A stretch of DNA of 61,513 bases from Chiloscyllium plagiosum (GCF_004010195.1 NC_057752.1:10075322-10136834), one strand, 5' to 3'; shown: positions 12,309 through 25,388, numbered from the stretch's first letter. Translations and numbers: made by a program. Notes: a model not told the origin generated them from the letters alone.

Positions 12309-13460
12309 CAATAGGTTTGAAATTGTTAATGTTATGAAGTCAGCAATTTCAATTTGGTGCTCAGCGATTTTCTCTAGGTGACACCCTGCAACTGTCAAAG
12401 TGATAGGAGCTTCATAGGGCAGAGAAGATGGGAGTTTGTTGGTGGGCTATTCAACAATGGTCATAACGAATGGCCACCAGGCTGGAGTGCTGTTGGGAGC
12501 CTGGCACCCATGAATGAGAAGGGAAGACTAAACCAGGCCTGGGGCTACTTATTGACCCTTACTACTGTTCTTGTGGGACTAAGCATTAAGGTTGGAGATG
12601 CAATAATGCAGCAAACAAGAGAACACTAATGTGTTTCAGGAGATGTTGAATAAATGGGGAAAAAAATCGACTTGACTGCTGTATCTTATCGGTAGGATAG
12701 TTACATATTTACAGGCATGACGTCAGCCTATGTTGGTCTTCATGTAAATATGTTACCTGATTTGTTCTTATGGTGATATACTTTTATGGCACTTGCGGTA
12801 TTTGTGTGAGGACTTTGATCAATGTCCCATTTAAGTTGCTAATAGTTGGGGGGCTGAAGGTCCATCAAAATATCACCTTGTCCTGGAAAATAGAAAATGA
12901 AGGATTAAGCAAGTGTGATTGTAATGGGTCCTGGACCTGGTAGAACATTGACTGTATAGAATATTGAAGTAGCTATCAGCCAGTATACATCATGCATGTG
13001 GTGCTAAGGTGCAGGTGATCATTTTCTGACAGATGTGGCACTGTTACATTGAGCTATGCCACAGGAGTGACAGTTTGAGTGGATGGTGCCACTTGCAATT
13101 TTGAGGTGGAGAGGAGTGTTTATTCTCTTCCTGCACCGGATTCAGGTTCTTCTGTGCAGGCCAGAGGTAGTGAACTGCACTCTGACCTCATTCCACACTG
13201 CCCAGATCGAGTGGGAGGATTTTGGTATTCTCAGGAAGACAAGCCCCTTAAACCTCATGGATGGCCTGGACTGGACCCTCTAACAAGTGCTCAATTTCTG
13301 TCTCATCAGAGAAATCTTCAGTGTGTGGGGGTGGGGGCACCTAATCCAGTGATACACAGGCTCATGGTGGGTAAAAGGCTGTGCAGGTGGCCTTTAAATA
13401 TGGCACCTGATTGTTCAGCCCAAGGAGGTGCTGGGGAGTGGGGGAAGAATGAGAACTTCT
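12309..13460. repeat. Right arm of ~1.1-kb inverted duplication in intron 1
   Basis: Collinear reverse complement of 9965-11066. Confidence 0.9.
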
Positions 13461-13619
13461 TACACCTCTTTCTCCTTTTCTCATCCCTCATTGTGCGAGA
13501 GCAGATGGACGTGGGATATCTGTGAAAATATTATTGAAGTGAAAGGGTCATTTGAGAGAGCATGTACTGGGCGTTAATGGTCATTGTGGGTGTAAAGTAC
13601 AAAAGAAACACTATTCTGA

Positions 13620-14150
13620 TAACCTACTATTTCAGCCTTCGCTGGCATATTGTGTCCAGTTCTGGGCACCACACTTTAGGAAGGATGTGAAGGCATCAGA
13701 AGGGTGTAGATAAGATTCCAGCCAATGGTTCCAGGGATTAGGTGCTACAGTTACGTGGTTAGATTGGAGATGCTTTGGCTGTTCTCCTTGGAGAAAAGGC
13801 TGAGAGGAGAGTTTTGTAGTGCCTTCAAAATCATGAAGGCTTTGGATGGAGTAAAAGTAGGGAGAAGCTGGTGCCACTGGTGGGTCGGGTCAACAAAGAG
13901 AGCATCGATTTACAGTTTTGTTTATTTTTTTGGCAAAAAGCAATGGTGACATGAAAATTTTATTTTATCGCAAGTTGTTCAGGTCAGGAGCCCACTACCC
14001 AAGTGCAGTGGAAGTAGACTCTGTTGGATTGCTACAATAATTTTGCAAGGGTCCAGGCTATAAGATTAAGGGGAGAAAAGTGTTGCATTTGTCAAATTAT
14101 GGATGTGCTGGCTCAATACCAGATCAGATGGCCTCCCATGTGTAAGCTAA
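13620..14150 (+). mobile_element. Old CR1 LINE 3' fragment
   Basis: TGTGTCCAGTTCTGGGCACCACACTTTAGGAAGGATGT and LFSLEKRLRG remnants. Confidence 0.75.
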
Positions 14151-14205
14151 ATCCGGATACCGCAATTCCCTCTGGCACAGCATGGTGGGTTTGCAGCAAT
14201 TCCGG

Positions 14206-14530
14206 GGTAGCATGGTGGCTCAGATGATTAGCATTGCTGCCTCCGTGCCAGGGACCCTCTGGTGATTTTGCTTGCGTGGAGTTTGCACATTCTCCCCATG
14301 TCTGCGTGGGTTCCCTCCAGGTGCTCTAGTTTCCTCCCACAGTCCAAAGATGTGCAGGTTAGGTAGATTAGCCATTGGAAGGGCAGGGTGGTGGTGGTGG
14401 TGGTGGTGTGTGGGGTGGGGGGGGGGAGAAGAAAGAGGTGGTCTGGGTGGGATACTCTTCATAGTGTTGTGGACTCGATGAGCTGAATGGCCTATTTCCA
14501 CACCGTAGGGATTTTAAGAATTCTATGACC
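14206..14530 (+). mobile_element. HE1-like tRNA-derived V-SINE
   Basis: A-box-like TGGCTCAG head, V-domain GGAGTTTGCACATTCTCCCCATGTCTGCGTGGGTT...CCCACAGTCCAAAGATGTGCAGGTTAGG, CR1-like tail. Confidence 0.8.
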
Positions 14531-14988
14531 AGTCTGCTCATCACCACCTTCTCAAAGGCTGTTTGGGATGGGTAATCATTGCTGGCCTAGTCAGTAATGC
14601 CCACATTCTGTGAACAAATTTTCTTGCAGGATTTTTTTCTATTCCCCTCCTTTCTTTCTCAACCTCTTTCCCTGTCTCCTCCTTTTTTGATTTTTGCCCT
14701 CTGATTTCTTTTTGTTTGTTATCCCTCTGTTTCTTTCTCCTTTCATAGCTCACCATTTCTTTTCAAGTGTAACGCATCAGTTGTGTATATGTCCAAACGC
14801 CCCATTGGCCTTCCTCCAACCTTATCCATTTCTACTCTGAAACCTGTGGCATCACAAAAAAATGGTCTGAAGGGTAATAGTTTAAAATGCAATGTGCAGA
14901 CCTCTCACAACTTGGCGCCTTCTATTTTCCTTGTCCTGTGATCAAAGTGTTTCTTGGATTGTCTTCTCTCTCGTTCTCTTTGTTTTAG

Positions 14989-15146
14989 AGTTCAGTGGAC
15001 TATCGAGGAAACATCCCAATACTGTTGATAGTGTTTTACTGGATGGACCCTTGACTGACCCTGAAGCAGGCGAACAATTTGTACAAGATGCATTTCAGAT
15101 CATTTTGGAGGAGGCCATCAAGAAGGGGACAAATGTCAATGAGAAG
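14989..15146 (+). CDS. CSAD: Coding exon 2 (EFSGLSRKHPNTVDSVLLDGPLTDPEAGEQFVQDAFQIILEEAIKKGTNVNEK)
   Basis: Polypyrimidine tract with TTTTAG acceptor, AAG|GTAAGA donor; resembles the CSAD/GADL1 N-terminal helix. Confidence 0.9.
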
Positions 15147-15899
15147 GTAAGAACAATCTCAATTAATCATCGCACATTCAGCAAGTAGATATCAAGTCAT
15201 TTGCACGCTGGCCATTTCCATGCAGTTGTTGTCTTGTTGGTGGCGTGATACATCTAGGATTGAGAATCCCATGTGATTCTCCAGGCAAAGGGAAGAGTTT
15301 TGAGGTTGCTTGCCACTTAGTCCAGAGTTTTTTTTTTTAAAATTGAGGCATCTTCCTCATGAAGATTGGAAATGAGGCTAAAGGAGCCTGTCTACTCTTG
15401 ACTATGTCAAACACAAGTACTCCTGAATGTCAACCTAGTTTTTTTAATAAAAAAAACTATCCTTTTTCTGGGTTGTGGGTGTTGCTCTCAAGACAGGCGT
15501 TCGTTGTCCATTCCTAATTTTCCTTGAACTGAATGAATTGGCCTCTCAATCCATGTGGCAGTTGAGTCAACCGCATGGCTGTGGGTCTAGAGTCACACAT
15601 GGGCCAGACCAGGTAAAGAGGGCAGATTTTCTTTGCATATTTTATGAAGCAGATGGGTCTTCACTACCTTTGGTCATTTGCTCATGGTCACCGTCATTTG
15701 AGACAAACTTTCCGATTTTATTCCTTGAATTTGAGTTTGACCAGCTGCATGAGGGTGAATTCCACTAATGTCCCCAGAACATTAGTATGGACCTCTGGAT
15801 TACTTGTCCATTATGGCAATATGAAACAGTCTCTGCTCACTTGTGTTGCCTGAACTGGTGATAAGGAAGAGTCCTATCTGTTTTTAAAATTCTTCCATT

Positions 15900-16400
15900 A
15901 GTGGGCTCTTTGCAGTGCTGTCATTTATTTTCCCTGTCCTTAATAGTCTTTGGGAAAATGGAGGTGAATCATTACCATAAACTCTTCTACTGTGTAGTTG
16001 TAGGGGCACCCACAATGCAGTGAGGGAGGGAGTTTCAGGACTTTGAAACAATGATACTGGTTGTAGTCTTGGGTTTTGAAGGTGCTGTCTGAGGAGTCTT
16101 GTAGATGGTGCCCACTGCTGCATCTGTGGTGGAGGGAATGAAAGTTGAAGCTGGTGAATGTGGTGCAAGTCAAGCAGGCCATTTTGTTCTGGATAGTGTC
16201 AAGCTGCTTGTGTTGTCAGAGCTGTACCCATCTGAGCAATTGAGTATTCCATCACACTCCTGACTTACGCCTTGTAGATGGTGAACAGGCTTTGGGGAGT
16301 CAGATGAGTTACTTACTGCAGGATTCCTAATACGGCGAGTGCAGTTCAGTTTCTAATCCATTGTAAATCCCAAGGAATGCTGATCGTAGGGGATTCGGTG
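15900..16400 (-). mobile_element. CR1/L2-clade LINE 3' fragment (same family as 415-1415)
   Basis: Reverse-complement similarity to about 760-1320. Confidence 0.7.
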
Positions 16401-16499
16401 AAGTGATACCCCAGAGACTGGGTCATTCTGATATTTCATGTGTTGATGCTACTTTGCAAACAATAAAATTGCACTTAAGATTAAACGCCCCTTTCTCAG

Positions 16500-17325
16500 T
16501 GAAGGGTCAACTATACCTCTACTCCTAATAATGCCTGGGACCTTGACCCGATGGGCCGAGGAGTGGCAAATGAAGCTTCGTTTAATGTGAGATGTTGTGT
16601 TTTAGTCTGGCAAACCAGGGCAGGACTTGATACCGTTAATGGTAGGGTCCTGGGGTGTGTGGCTGAACAAAGAGACCTCGGTGCACATTCCTTGAAAGTG
16701 GAGTCATAGGTTGACAGTGGTGAAGAAGGTATTTGTTTTGCAGTGCATGAGTATAGCAGTCGGGTTGTCATGTTGTCACTGTATAGGACAATGGTGAGGC
16801 CATTTCTTTTGGAATACTGCATTCAATTCTAGTCTCTAAACTTGAAATGGTTCAAAAAGATTTACAAGAATGTTGCTCTGGTTGGAGGGTTTGAGATATT
16901 GGGAAAGGCTGAGTGGGTTGAGGCGGTTTTCCCTGGAGTGTCGGAGACTGAGTGGTGGCCTTATACAAAATCACAAGGGGTATGGATAGTGTAAATAGAC
17001 CAGGTCTTTTCCCTGGGGTCGGGGAGTCCAGAATGAGAGGGCATAGGTTTAGGGTGAGGGGAGAAAGATATAAAAGGGACTTAAGGGGCAACTTTTTCAG
17101 AGGGTGGTGCGTGTGTGGAATGAGCTGCCAGAGGAAGTGGTGGAGGCTGGTACAATTGCAGCATTTTAAAAGGCATTTGGATGGGTATATGAATAGGAAG
17201 GGTTTGGAGGGATATGGGCCGGGTGCTGGCAAATGGGACTAGATCAGTTTTGCTCAGCATGGATAAGTTGGACCGAAGGGTCTCTTTTTATTTTTTATTT
17301 TTCTTATTCTTTGCTATACATCTCC
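16500..17325 (+). mobile_element. CR1 LINE 3' fragment
   Basis: Close similarity to 1860-2330 and 36780-37600. Confidence 0.88.
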
Positions 17326-17644
17326 ATAAAGCATGTGTTGAAGGAATGATGTCATAACATCTGCTAACATGGGACTGAGACCTGATGAAAGAAGGTACTT
17401 CCCAAACCATGCTCTACCATGTTTTTATAACTAGTTTAATTGGCAACTGTTCCTCCAGTCTGATGTTAATTCATCTCGTCGAGTTGTGCCTGCTCTCACT
17501 GCAGGACCTGTACCCACTAGTCCTGTCTCCCAAATGTTACAAGAGACAGACCTGTATGCAGCTTTTGTTTGAAGTCTTGACTAGTGCTGGAATTTTTTTG
17601 CATGTGACTCAGGAAACACATGGTAGTGCATCCTGAGTGTGGTT

Positions 17645-18810
17645 TGCATGTATTTGGAAAGGCAAGGACTGATTAGGGACAGTCAGCATGGCTTTGTGCA
17701 TGGGGAATCCTGTCTCGTGAACTTGAGTTTTTTTTTTTGAAGAAGTAACAAAGAAGCTTGAGGGCAGAGTGGTGGATGTGATCTATGTGGACTTCAGTCA
17801 GGCGTTTGACAAGTTCTTCATGGTAGACTGGTTAGCAAGGTTAGATCACATGGAATACAGAACTGGCTCAAAGGTAGAAGTGATGTGGATATGCTGGTGT
17901 TGGACTGGGGTGGATAAAGTTTAAAAATCTCAACACAATGTTATTGTCCAACAGGTTTAAAATAAACATGTTGGACTATAACCTGGTGTTGAGATTTTTT
18001 TTTTTTAAAACTTGGGAGAGTGGTGGTGGAAGATTACTTTTGAGACTGGAGGCCTGTGACCAGTGGTGTGCTACAAGGATTGGTGCTGAGTCCACTGCTT
18101 TTTGTCACTTTTTTTATATAAATGATTTGGATGTGAGCATAAGAGATATGGTTAATAAGTTTGTAGATGACACCAAAATTTGGAGGTGTAGTGGACAGCA
18201 AAGAAGATTACCTCAGAGTACAATGGGACCTTGATCAGGTGGGCCAAGGAGTGGCAGAGTTAATTGAGATAAATGAGGTGCTGCATCTTGGGAAAGCAAA
18301 TCTTAGCAGGACTTATATACTTTTAATGGTAAGGTCCTTGGGAATGTTGCTGGAAAAAAAGAGACCTTGAAGTGCAGGTTCATAGCTCCTTGAAAGTGGA
18401 GTTGCCGGTAGATAGGATAGTGAAGAAGGTGTTTGGTATGCTTTCCTTTTTTATTGGTCAGAGTATTGAGTATAGGAGTTGGGAGGTCATGTGGCTGTAC
18501 AGGACTTTGGTTAGGCCACTTTTAGATTATTGTGTGCAATTCTGGCCTCTTTCCTATGAAAGATGTTGTGAAACGTGGCAACTTTTTCACGGAGGGTGGT
18601 ACGTGTATGGAATGAGCTGCCAGAGGAAGTGGTGGGGGCTGGTACAATTGCAACATTTAAAAGGCATTTGGATGGGTATATGAATAGGAAGGGTTTGGAG
18701 GGATATGGGCCAGGTGCTGGCAGGTGGAACTAGATTGGGTTGGGATATCTGATTGGCATGGATGAGTTGGACAGAAGGGTCTGTTTCTCTGCTGTACATC
18801 TGACTCATGA
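17645..18810 (+). mobile_element. CR1 LINE RT fragment interrupted by a short fold-back insertion (about 17881-18012)
   Basis: QHGF, YVDFS and YINDLD..FVDDTKI remnants; the insert resembles 42713-42997 and 45512-45720. Confidence 0.85.
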
Positions 18811-18978
18811 GTACCCTCTCAAATGGCCCAGCAAGTCTGTCTGTTCAAGTGCAATTCTGATTGGGTGATAAATGTTGGTCTGTGCAACAAAACCCAGAAG
18901 CCTTGAAAGGATTCCTTCAAGCATGTTACTTACCTCTTGCAATGTGGTAACCTCTGTTCCTACTTATTTTGGCTGTAG

Positions 18979-19105
18979 GTATGCGAATGGAAGGGACCAG
19001 ATGAGCTACAGGATCTTCTTGACCTTGACTTAGTTGATGCTGGTGAACCCCCTGAGAAACTCCTGGAGCGGTGCCAAGACATCATCCGATATAGTGTCAA
19101 AACTG
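18979..19105 (+). CDS. CSAD: Coding exon 3 (VCEWKGPDELQDLLDL...IIRYSVKT)
   Basis: TGTAG acceptor, G|GTCAGT donor; VCEW and YSVKT family motifs. Confidence 0.95.
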
Positions 19106-20204
19106 GTCAGTGACATCATCTGTTGTCATTTCTTGGGGTTTAAAGTGTCCTGTATTTTATTGTGCATGTCAAAAGGCAGGTGGAGCATTTTGGTTTTTTA
19201 ACTCAGCTGTACGTTTTCAAAGTTTGTTTCAAATTCGTAAAATCACTGTCAAATATCATATGTCCCTGCACCATCGTATTTCCTTTTTTTGGTCTCTAAC
19301 TAGTCTTACTCTTTTTTAAACTGAAGTCCTACTGTTTTTATATGCCTTTTGAAGATTTTGCAATTTTCCCTTTTTATGCTCGTTGCTGTCTTTTCTTACC
19401 ATCCCTCTTTTTTTTTTTTGCTTTTTTCTACCTTTTTTCCCCTGAACAATTTTGTACAAAGGAATATTTAACGCCCTGTCTTCCCCTTGATTCGGTCAGG
19501 ACACACACTGCTACAACGTCATAATTCCACACACTGCAATCTGGGTTTGTAACTCCCCAACCTCATTTAGTATATTTTGTGCATTTACAAATATGCATGT
19601 TAACTCTTTTTAGTACTTTCTTTCCTTTGCCCTATTCTAATCTAACCTATTATCTGACTCTTTCTCGGCTGGTGCCAGCTGTATCCTTGCATTTTGAGTC
19701 CTGCTGTTCACCCCCAACATACACTCGTGGTTTCCACTTCACGCCAAGTTAGTTTAAACCTCTCCCCATCGGCACTAGCCAAATGCCCCAACAACAGCCT
19801 CAGTCCTAGCTCTGTTTGGGTACAACGTAGATGGCTTCTACAAGTGCCATCTTCCCCAGAGCCATGGCCAGTATTCCAGGAATTTAAAGCCCTCTGTTCT
19901 GCACCCTCTTTCCAGCCATGCGTTCACCTGCCTTATCTTGCTATTTCTGTACTCGTGCGCGGCACAGGGAGCAACCTGGAGATTACTACTTTTTTGTTCT
20001 GCTTGCTAACTTTCGACTTGGTTCCCTAACTTCTGATTTTCAGGACTTTTTTTTTTTTCTTTTTTTTTCCCCCTCCCACCCAAGTCATTCCTCCCAATGT
20101 GGACCACAACTCCTGGCTGTTCACCTTGCCCCAGCTTAGATGACATGGTGTTTATTGTGGTTGTGCCATCAAGATGTCTGATTTGGTATTACTAAGTAAA
20201 TTGA

Positions 20205-20632
20205 TGTTATGGACTAGGCCAGACCACTCAAAACATTCTTAAGCAAGCAGCCCAGACCTCATAACTTTGCAATTTGTTTTGGTAAGTGTATAGTGAAAAT
20301 TACCCAGTGTAAGCTAGCTAGGTTGACTAATAGATTTTAAAACAAAAAATTTATTCACAAAATTACACAATGAAACCAAACAGAGTAAAGAACCCCTACA
20401 GAACTCAGTCTATCTAAACTAGACTTCATTATACTGTTCCGAATATACACAACAGTCCCAATAAGCAAATCCCCTTTAAAACACAGTACAAAATAGGTCA
20501 GATACTTACAGGCTGAAAGTAGAAGTGCTGAAGAGTTTCCACACCACTCACTGTTGAACTGCCAACCAGTTCTGGACTGCACTAAAGTGCTCAGCTAGAG
20601 AGCTGACCACTTCCCTTTCATTATACAGGTCT
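20205..20632. mobile_element. Truncated LTR-like repeat
   Basis: Starts TGTTATGGACTAGGCCAGACC; homologous to 28234-28910. Confidence 0.55.
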
Positions 20633-22116
20633 CCCCTCTAGTTGGCAAATCCACGTATTGAGTCGGGAATCCTTCCTGGACGCACCTGACAAAATTTGCT
20701 CGCTCCCTCCAAACTATTGGCACTAAGGAGGTTCCAATCAATATTAGGGAAGTTGGAACATCGAAATCCCTGAACAGGCAACAAAGGAGGCTAGTACAAT
20801 TGCAACATTTAAAAGGCATCTCCCATGGGTAAATGAATGGGAAGGATTTGGAGGGATATGGGCCAGGTGCTGGCAGGTGAGACTAGATTGGTCAGCATGG
20901 ACAGTTGGGCCGAAGGGTCTGTTTCCGTGCTATGCTTCTCTATATCACTTTGCACACATGTCTGCATTAAATTTCATTTTTGTCATCAGTCTGTTTTGTC
21001 AGCCTGTCTATTTTCTTGAAGTTTGTTGTTCTCATTATTTAGTATGATTCCAAGTTCTGTCCTCAGCAGACATTGAAATTCTGCCTTGTATACACAAGGC
21101 CAGGTTGTTAATGAGAGCGTTGCTACTAGCATTGGCCTGACTGGCCTGTGATCTGCAAATTGATCTCCTTGCTTTTTGTTTGAAATTGGGCTCAAACACT
21201 GACAATCCTCCAGTAGTGCTCAGCTAGAGAGCTGACCACTTCCCTTTCATTATACAGGTCTCCCCTCTAGTTGGCAAATCCACGTATTGAGTCGGGAATT
21301 GCTTTTTGTTTGAAATTGGGCTCAAACACTGACAATCCTCCAGTCCTCTGACACTATTGTTTTTTTTAACCAAGTATGGTCAGAGGTTTGTGGCCACAAC
21401 CTTGCCAACTTTGCTTCCCTTGGTGACCTAGGATGCATCCCATCCAGATCTTTTCATGGAGGACTGCTAACCTTTTCTGTTCATCCTCTTCGGATATGAT
21501 GGCGTTATTGTACAAGCTCCATCTCACTGGGCGAGGCTGAGAGTTGTGGGGCTTAGGAAGGGTCGGCCTCTGCTAAATAGATATATGAACTCCCTTCCTT
21601 GTTGAGAGCACTTGCCTTGTGGTTAGCGCCACACTTGCCTCAGTTTGTTGCAATGTTGATCGTGTCAGAGCAACCCTTGAAGATTTTGAGGAGAATGGAA
21701 AACATCAGACTCTGGCATCTGTTTGAACACTTCCCTACCGGGATTGAGATCAAGTCTGACTCAGCCAGCATGTAGAACTTGGTGTCCAAGGTGAAAGATC
21801 CCTGTTCAGTCTGCTGTTAGTCAGGACTGCAACTCACTCGGTGAAGTGACTGAGTCTTTTTGATGTTGTAAAATATTCTGTAGTGCTTCACAGGAGCACT
21901 AGTGAACAAAGTTTGACACACAACCACGTTAAGAGATATTCAAACATGTCTGAAATCTTGGTCAAAGAGGTAAACTTTTAAGGAGCCTCTGAAGGGGGAG
22001 AGGGGGTTTTAGTGCTAGAAGCCTAGGCAGCTGAAGTGGACTGAAACTTGAGTTGAAGGGATTTCTTGACATTGTTTCTAAATAAACTGAGATGTATCTT
22101 TGTTTATTCCCTTCAG

Positions 22117-22207
22117 CTCATCCTCGATTTTACAACCAGCTGTTTGCAGGACTGGATCATCATTCCTTGGTTGGTCGTTATATAACAGAAACCCTGAATA
22201 CAAGCCA
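22117..22207 (+). CDS. CSAD: Coding exon 4 (AHPRFYNQLFAGLDHHSLVGRYITETLNTSQ)
   Basis: CTTCAG acceptor, CA|GTGAGC donor; HPRFxNQL motif. Confidence 0.95.
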
Positions 22208-23264
22208 GTGAGCAACATTTACTGATGGTCCAATCCAAGCACTTGCAGGGGTATTCTAAACAATGCCATTTGATTAGAAATTGGAGAACAAAGCCCCCCC
22301 TTTTTTTTTTTGGGGTTTCCTTTGACCCACCCCCTTGCCCTCCAGCTGAGGTGTCTCTAGGTTTGTGCCAATGTTAAGGTGCACGTTGGATTCTCTTTCT
22401 CTTCTATTGGGTTCATACAGATACAAGTCATACACCCCCATTTTCCTTTATATGGTGGTATTGTAGAATATTGTGTCAGCCGTGGCTCAGTTGCTAGCAC
22501 TCTATCATTTCCACTGGGGGTAGTGGGCTGGAAATCATGCCTCTGCTATTCCTGAGGTTGCCACACAAGTTCAAGATTTTCTGCAAATATGCAGAATTCT
22601 CCAAGTTCCCTGTATTTTTAGACCCAGGATAACAGCATGGTCCAAGGTCCTGTACTTAATGAGAATGACTGCCTATTTATTTCAAATAAATAGATTGTAG
22701 CTATAAGTAAACAATTATGAACTATTCCACATAAGCTTTCTAACAGTTAAGTCTCTAGCCCGCTGTATAAAATTGTGCATTCTGATGACTTGTATGAAAG
22801 CAGGAGCATACAGCAACAAGTAAGGCAAAATAAACTGGTTTTCTGCAGGCTTTAGGTAATTTTCTTCTGAGACCTCCCATAGTCCGAAGGCTTCTGGCTA
22901 TCATTCATATCCACAAGCTGTTCAGCTTCTTGGGAACCAATCACAATTGTTGATGGGCAGAAGCCTTTGCCACTGACAAATGGTTACTCTACAGCCTAAT
23001 CAGTTGTCTGTTGCTGGCCTGATCTCATTTTGTATGCATCCCTTAATGCCAGTTATTTTTAACCCCCCCCCCCCCCCCACGAAGAAACAACAGTGTAAAC
23101 AGCACTTACGTTACGTCTTAGTTTGCTTTTCAAAAGTGCAGCCATTCTTTCCACTGTCCTTTTCCCATTTCAGACCACAATCAAAAATACCAAAGAGAAA
23201 AAGTATTCCGAATTCTCTTCTGAAGCACAAAACTATGGGTACTAGGGTCGTCAGGGAAACCAGG

Positions 23265-23490
23265 GACTCCCACTTTACAAAAATCTGGGCTGACGCTTCA
23301 GTGTTACACTGAGGGAGTACTATTTTGAGAGAGCGCGCAGTGGAGCTATTCTAGCCAATATTCATCCCTGAACTAATATTACAAGAAACAGTTCGGTCAT
23401 TATCGCATTGTCGTAAGAATTTGCTGAGTTTCCTGCCTTTACAATGGTGACCACACTTACAAAAGTATTCTACCGGCTGAAAGGTGACTT
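23265..23490 (+). mobile_element. Deu-domain type SINE remnant (tRNA-like head probably at about 22478-22530)
   Basis: CTGACGCTTCAGTGTTACACTGAGGGAGT and GCCAATATTCATCCCT..GGTCATTATCGCATTG segments; similar remnants near 32100-32290. Confidence 0.5.
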
Positions 23491-25224
23491 TCGTCTATGT
23501 ATTTGTTTTGTATTTTATTTTATTTATTTTGTTAGTGGGCCTGCATTTATGCTCATCCCTGTTTGCCCAAAGGTCAGTTAAGAGTTAAACATTGTTGTGG
23601 ATCTGGAGTTGTGTAGGCCAGATTGGGTCAGGAGGCAGATTTCCTACCCTAAAGGACATTCTGGGGCTGGAACGTGCTGCAGAAATGCAAGTCTATCTTT
23701 TTAAAATTTGATTTGTCATTATCTCTAAAGCACGTTCGAGGACTTGCAAACACTGACACATCTGGGTTGTAGTCATTTCTATTAAACAAATTAAATAAGA
23801 TGGTTAAAACCTTCCATGAGAGAGAGGTCCCATTATTCTCCTGTCAAGGACTCCTTCAGGTATCCCAAGTGGTGCCTTGATTGTTTTTCCTCAGCAGGAC
23901 TGTATGATTGTTCCCCAAAGTGTTCCAGTGCATTCTGCAAAATATGGCATTACATAGCAGCATACACTGCCCTACTTCTGTGTAGACGATTGACGTGCAC
24001 TATTGTTAATGCTGAGGTTTTTGCTACCATTTGTTGTGCAGACCTTTTGTGGTGGCTTTATGACAATGCAGACATTCCACACGTGTCCATCTGGTTCTGT
24101 CATGGTCAAAAACCCATATAGGTACAATAGAACAGGAACTTTTATGTGGTTATCCATTTTAAAAGCATCCTGTGTGTATAATGTCTACACTTGTGCCCTC
24201 CTGGCACAGTATGGCCAAATGGCACCCTGAGGGCAAGTTTGCACTTTGTCCAGCAAAAACCCTCCTATAAGAGTTCTTGTTTATCCGGTCTCCATGCTCA
24301 TGTTTCCCTCTTGAGAATTACGTGTTTGGAAATTGAACCTTTTCAATAGAAAGGGGCACACTGAGATCCTGTCTCCTTTTTAATGGCTTTCCACCCCAAC
24401 TTACCCCACCACCACCACCTCTCCTCTGATCTACCCATTTGAGTTAATCTTCTGCATTCAGTTCTCCACTAATATAATTCCATGAATGTTTCAGTCTCCA
24501 ATTCCCACTTCTGCACAGGAAGCCCTGAACTACCTGAAATGTTCAGTCATCCTTGTTTTAGATTTGAAGGGGCCTTGTTTGACATTTTCTGCTCTTGGTT
24601 GTGATGAATTATTGGTGTTAAGAAAAAGCAATATTGGGATCCCAGTAGGACAATTTCAGCACTGGGTTAGATGCAGGGTAATGCGCCCCTACTTTTTATT
24701 TTTAAACTGGAAGCAAAGCTCCCTGTCTATGGTCCCCATCAACATTCCCAGGAGAGGGACAGCATGGGGTTAGATATAGAGTAAAGCGCACTCCTACTAT
24801 CCTGTCAACTTGCTCTGTTCCACCTTCAGAAAAACACTTTCCAGGCTGAATCTGAAGTTGGCCAATATGGGATGTTAATGGAAAACTGCAATGGGACTTT
24901 GTGCCTACTGGCAGTTTTCAATCCTAAAACGGAATATCAGTGAGTACTGAACCCAAATGTTTGGTTGAGGGTGCCTAGTATATTTTCTGCTATTGTTTGT
25001 GACCAACTGAGTATTATTTCAGTCAAATGGCCTGCATACTTGCTGTCTGGACTTGTAGATAAGGAATGGCCACTTGACTGAGGTGCTGCTGGTGCCTCAA
25101 GTCTTGCAAAGGTCTTCTGTCGAGGTTAATGTGGGCAGTTTTGGCATTTGCCTCCCTGACTGGGCTGTTAAGTAATATTAGTCTTGCAGTTTCGGATTTG
25201 GTACCAGCACTCTGTATTGATTGC

Positions 25225-25388
25225 GAAACAAAATGCTGGAAAATCTCAGCAGGTCTGGCTGCATCCGTGAAGAGAAAGGAGTGAACATTTCCAGTCCATC
25301 AAAGGGTCACTGGACCTGAAATATGAACTCTGATTTTCTCTCCACACATGCTGCCAGACCTGCTGAGATTTTCCAGCATTTTTGTTTC
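25225..25388. mobile_element. Short fold-back element with decayed central hammerhead-like motif
   Basis: Arms AAATGCTGGAAAATCTCAGCAGGTCTGGC / GCCAGACCTGCTGAGATTTTCCAGCATTT; centre AAGGGTCACTGGACCTGAAA. Confidence 0.65.

Noticed and set aside
13079..13525. 148-aa ORF in the right inverted arm with a partial counterpart at 9993-10265
   Set aside because: The frame is not preserved between arms (indels), so the similarity reflects DNA duplication rather than coding constraint.
14206..14290. tRNA gene
   Set aside because: It is only the decayed tRNA-derived head of a SINE, with no cloverleaf or intact B box.
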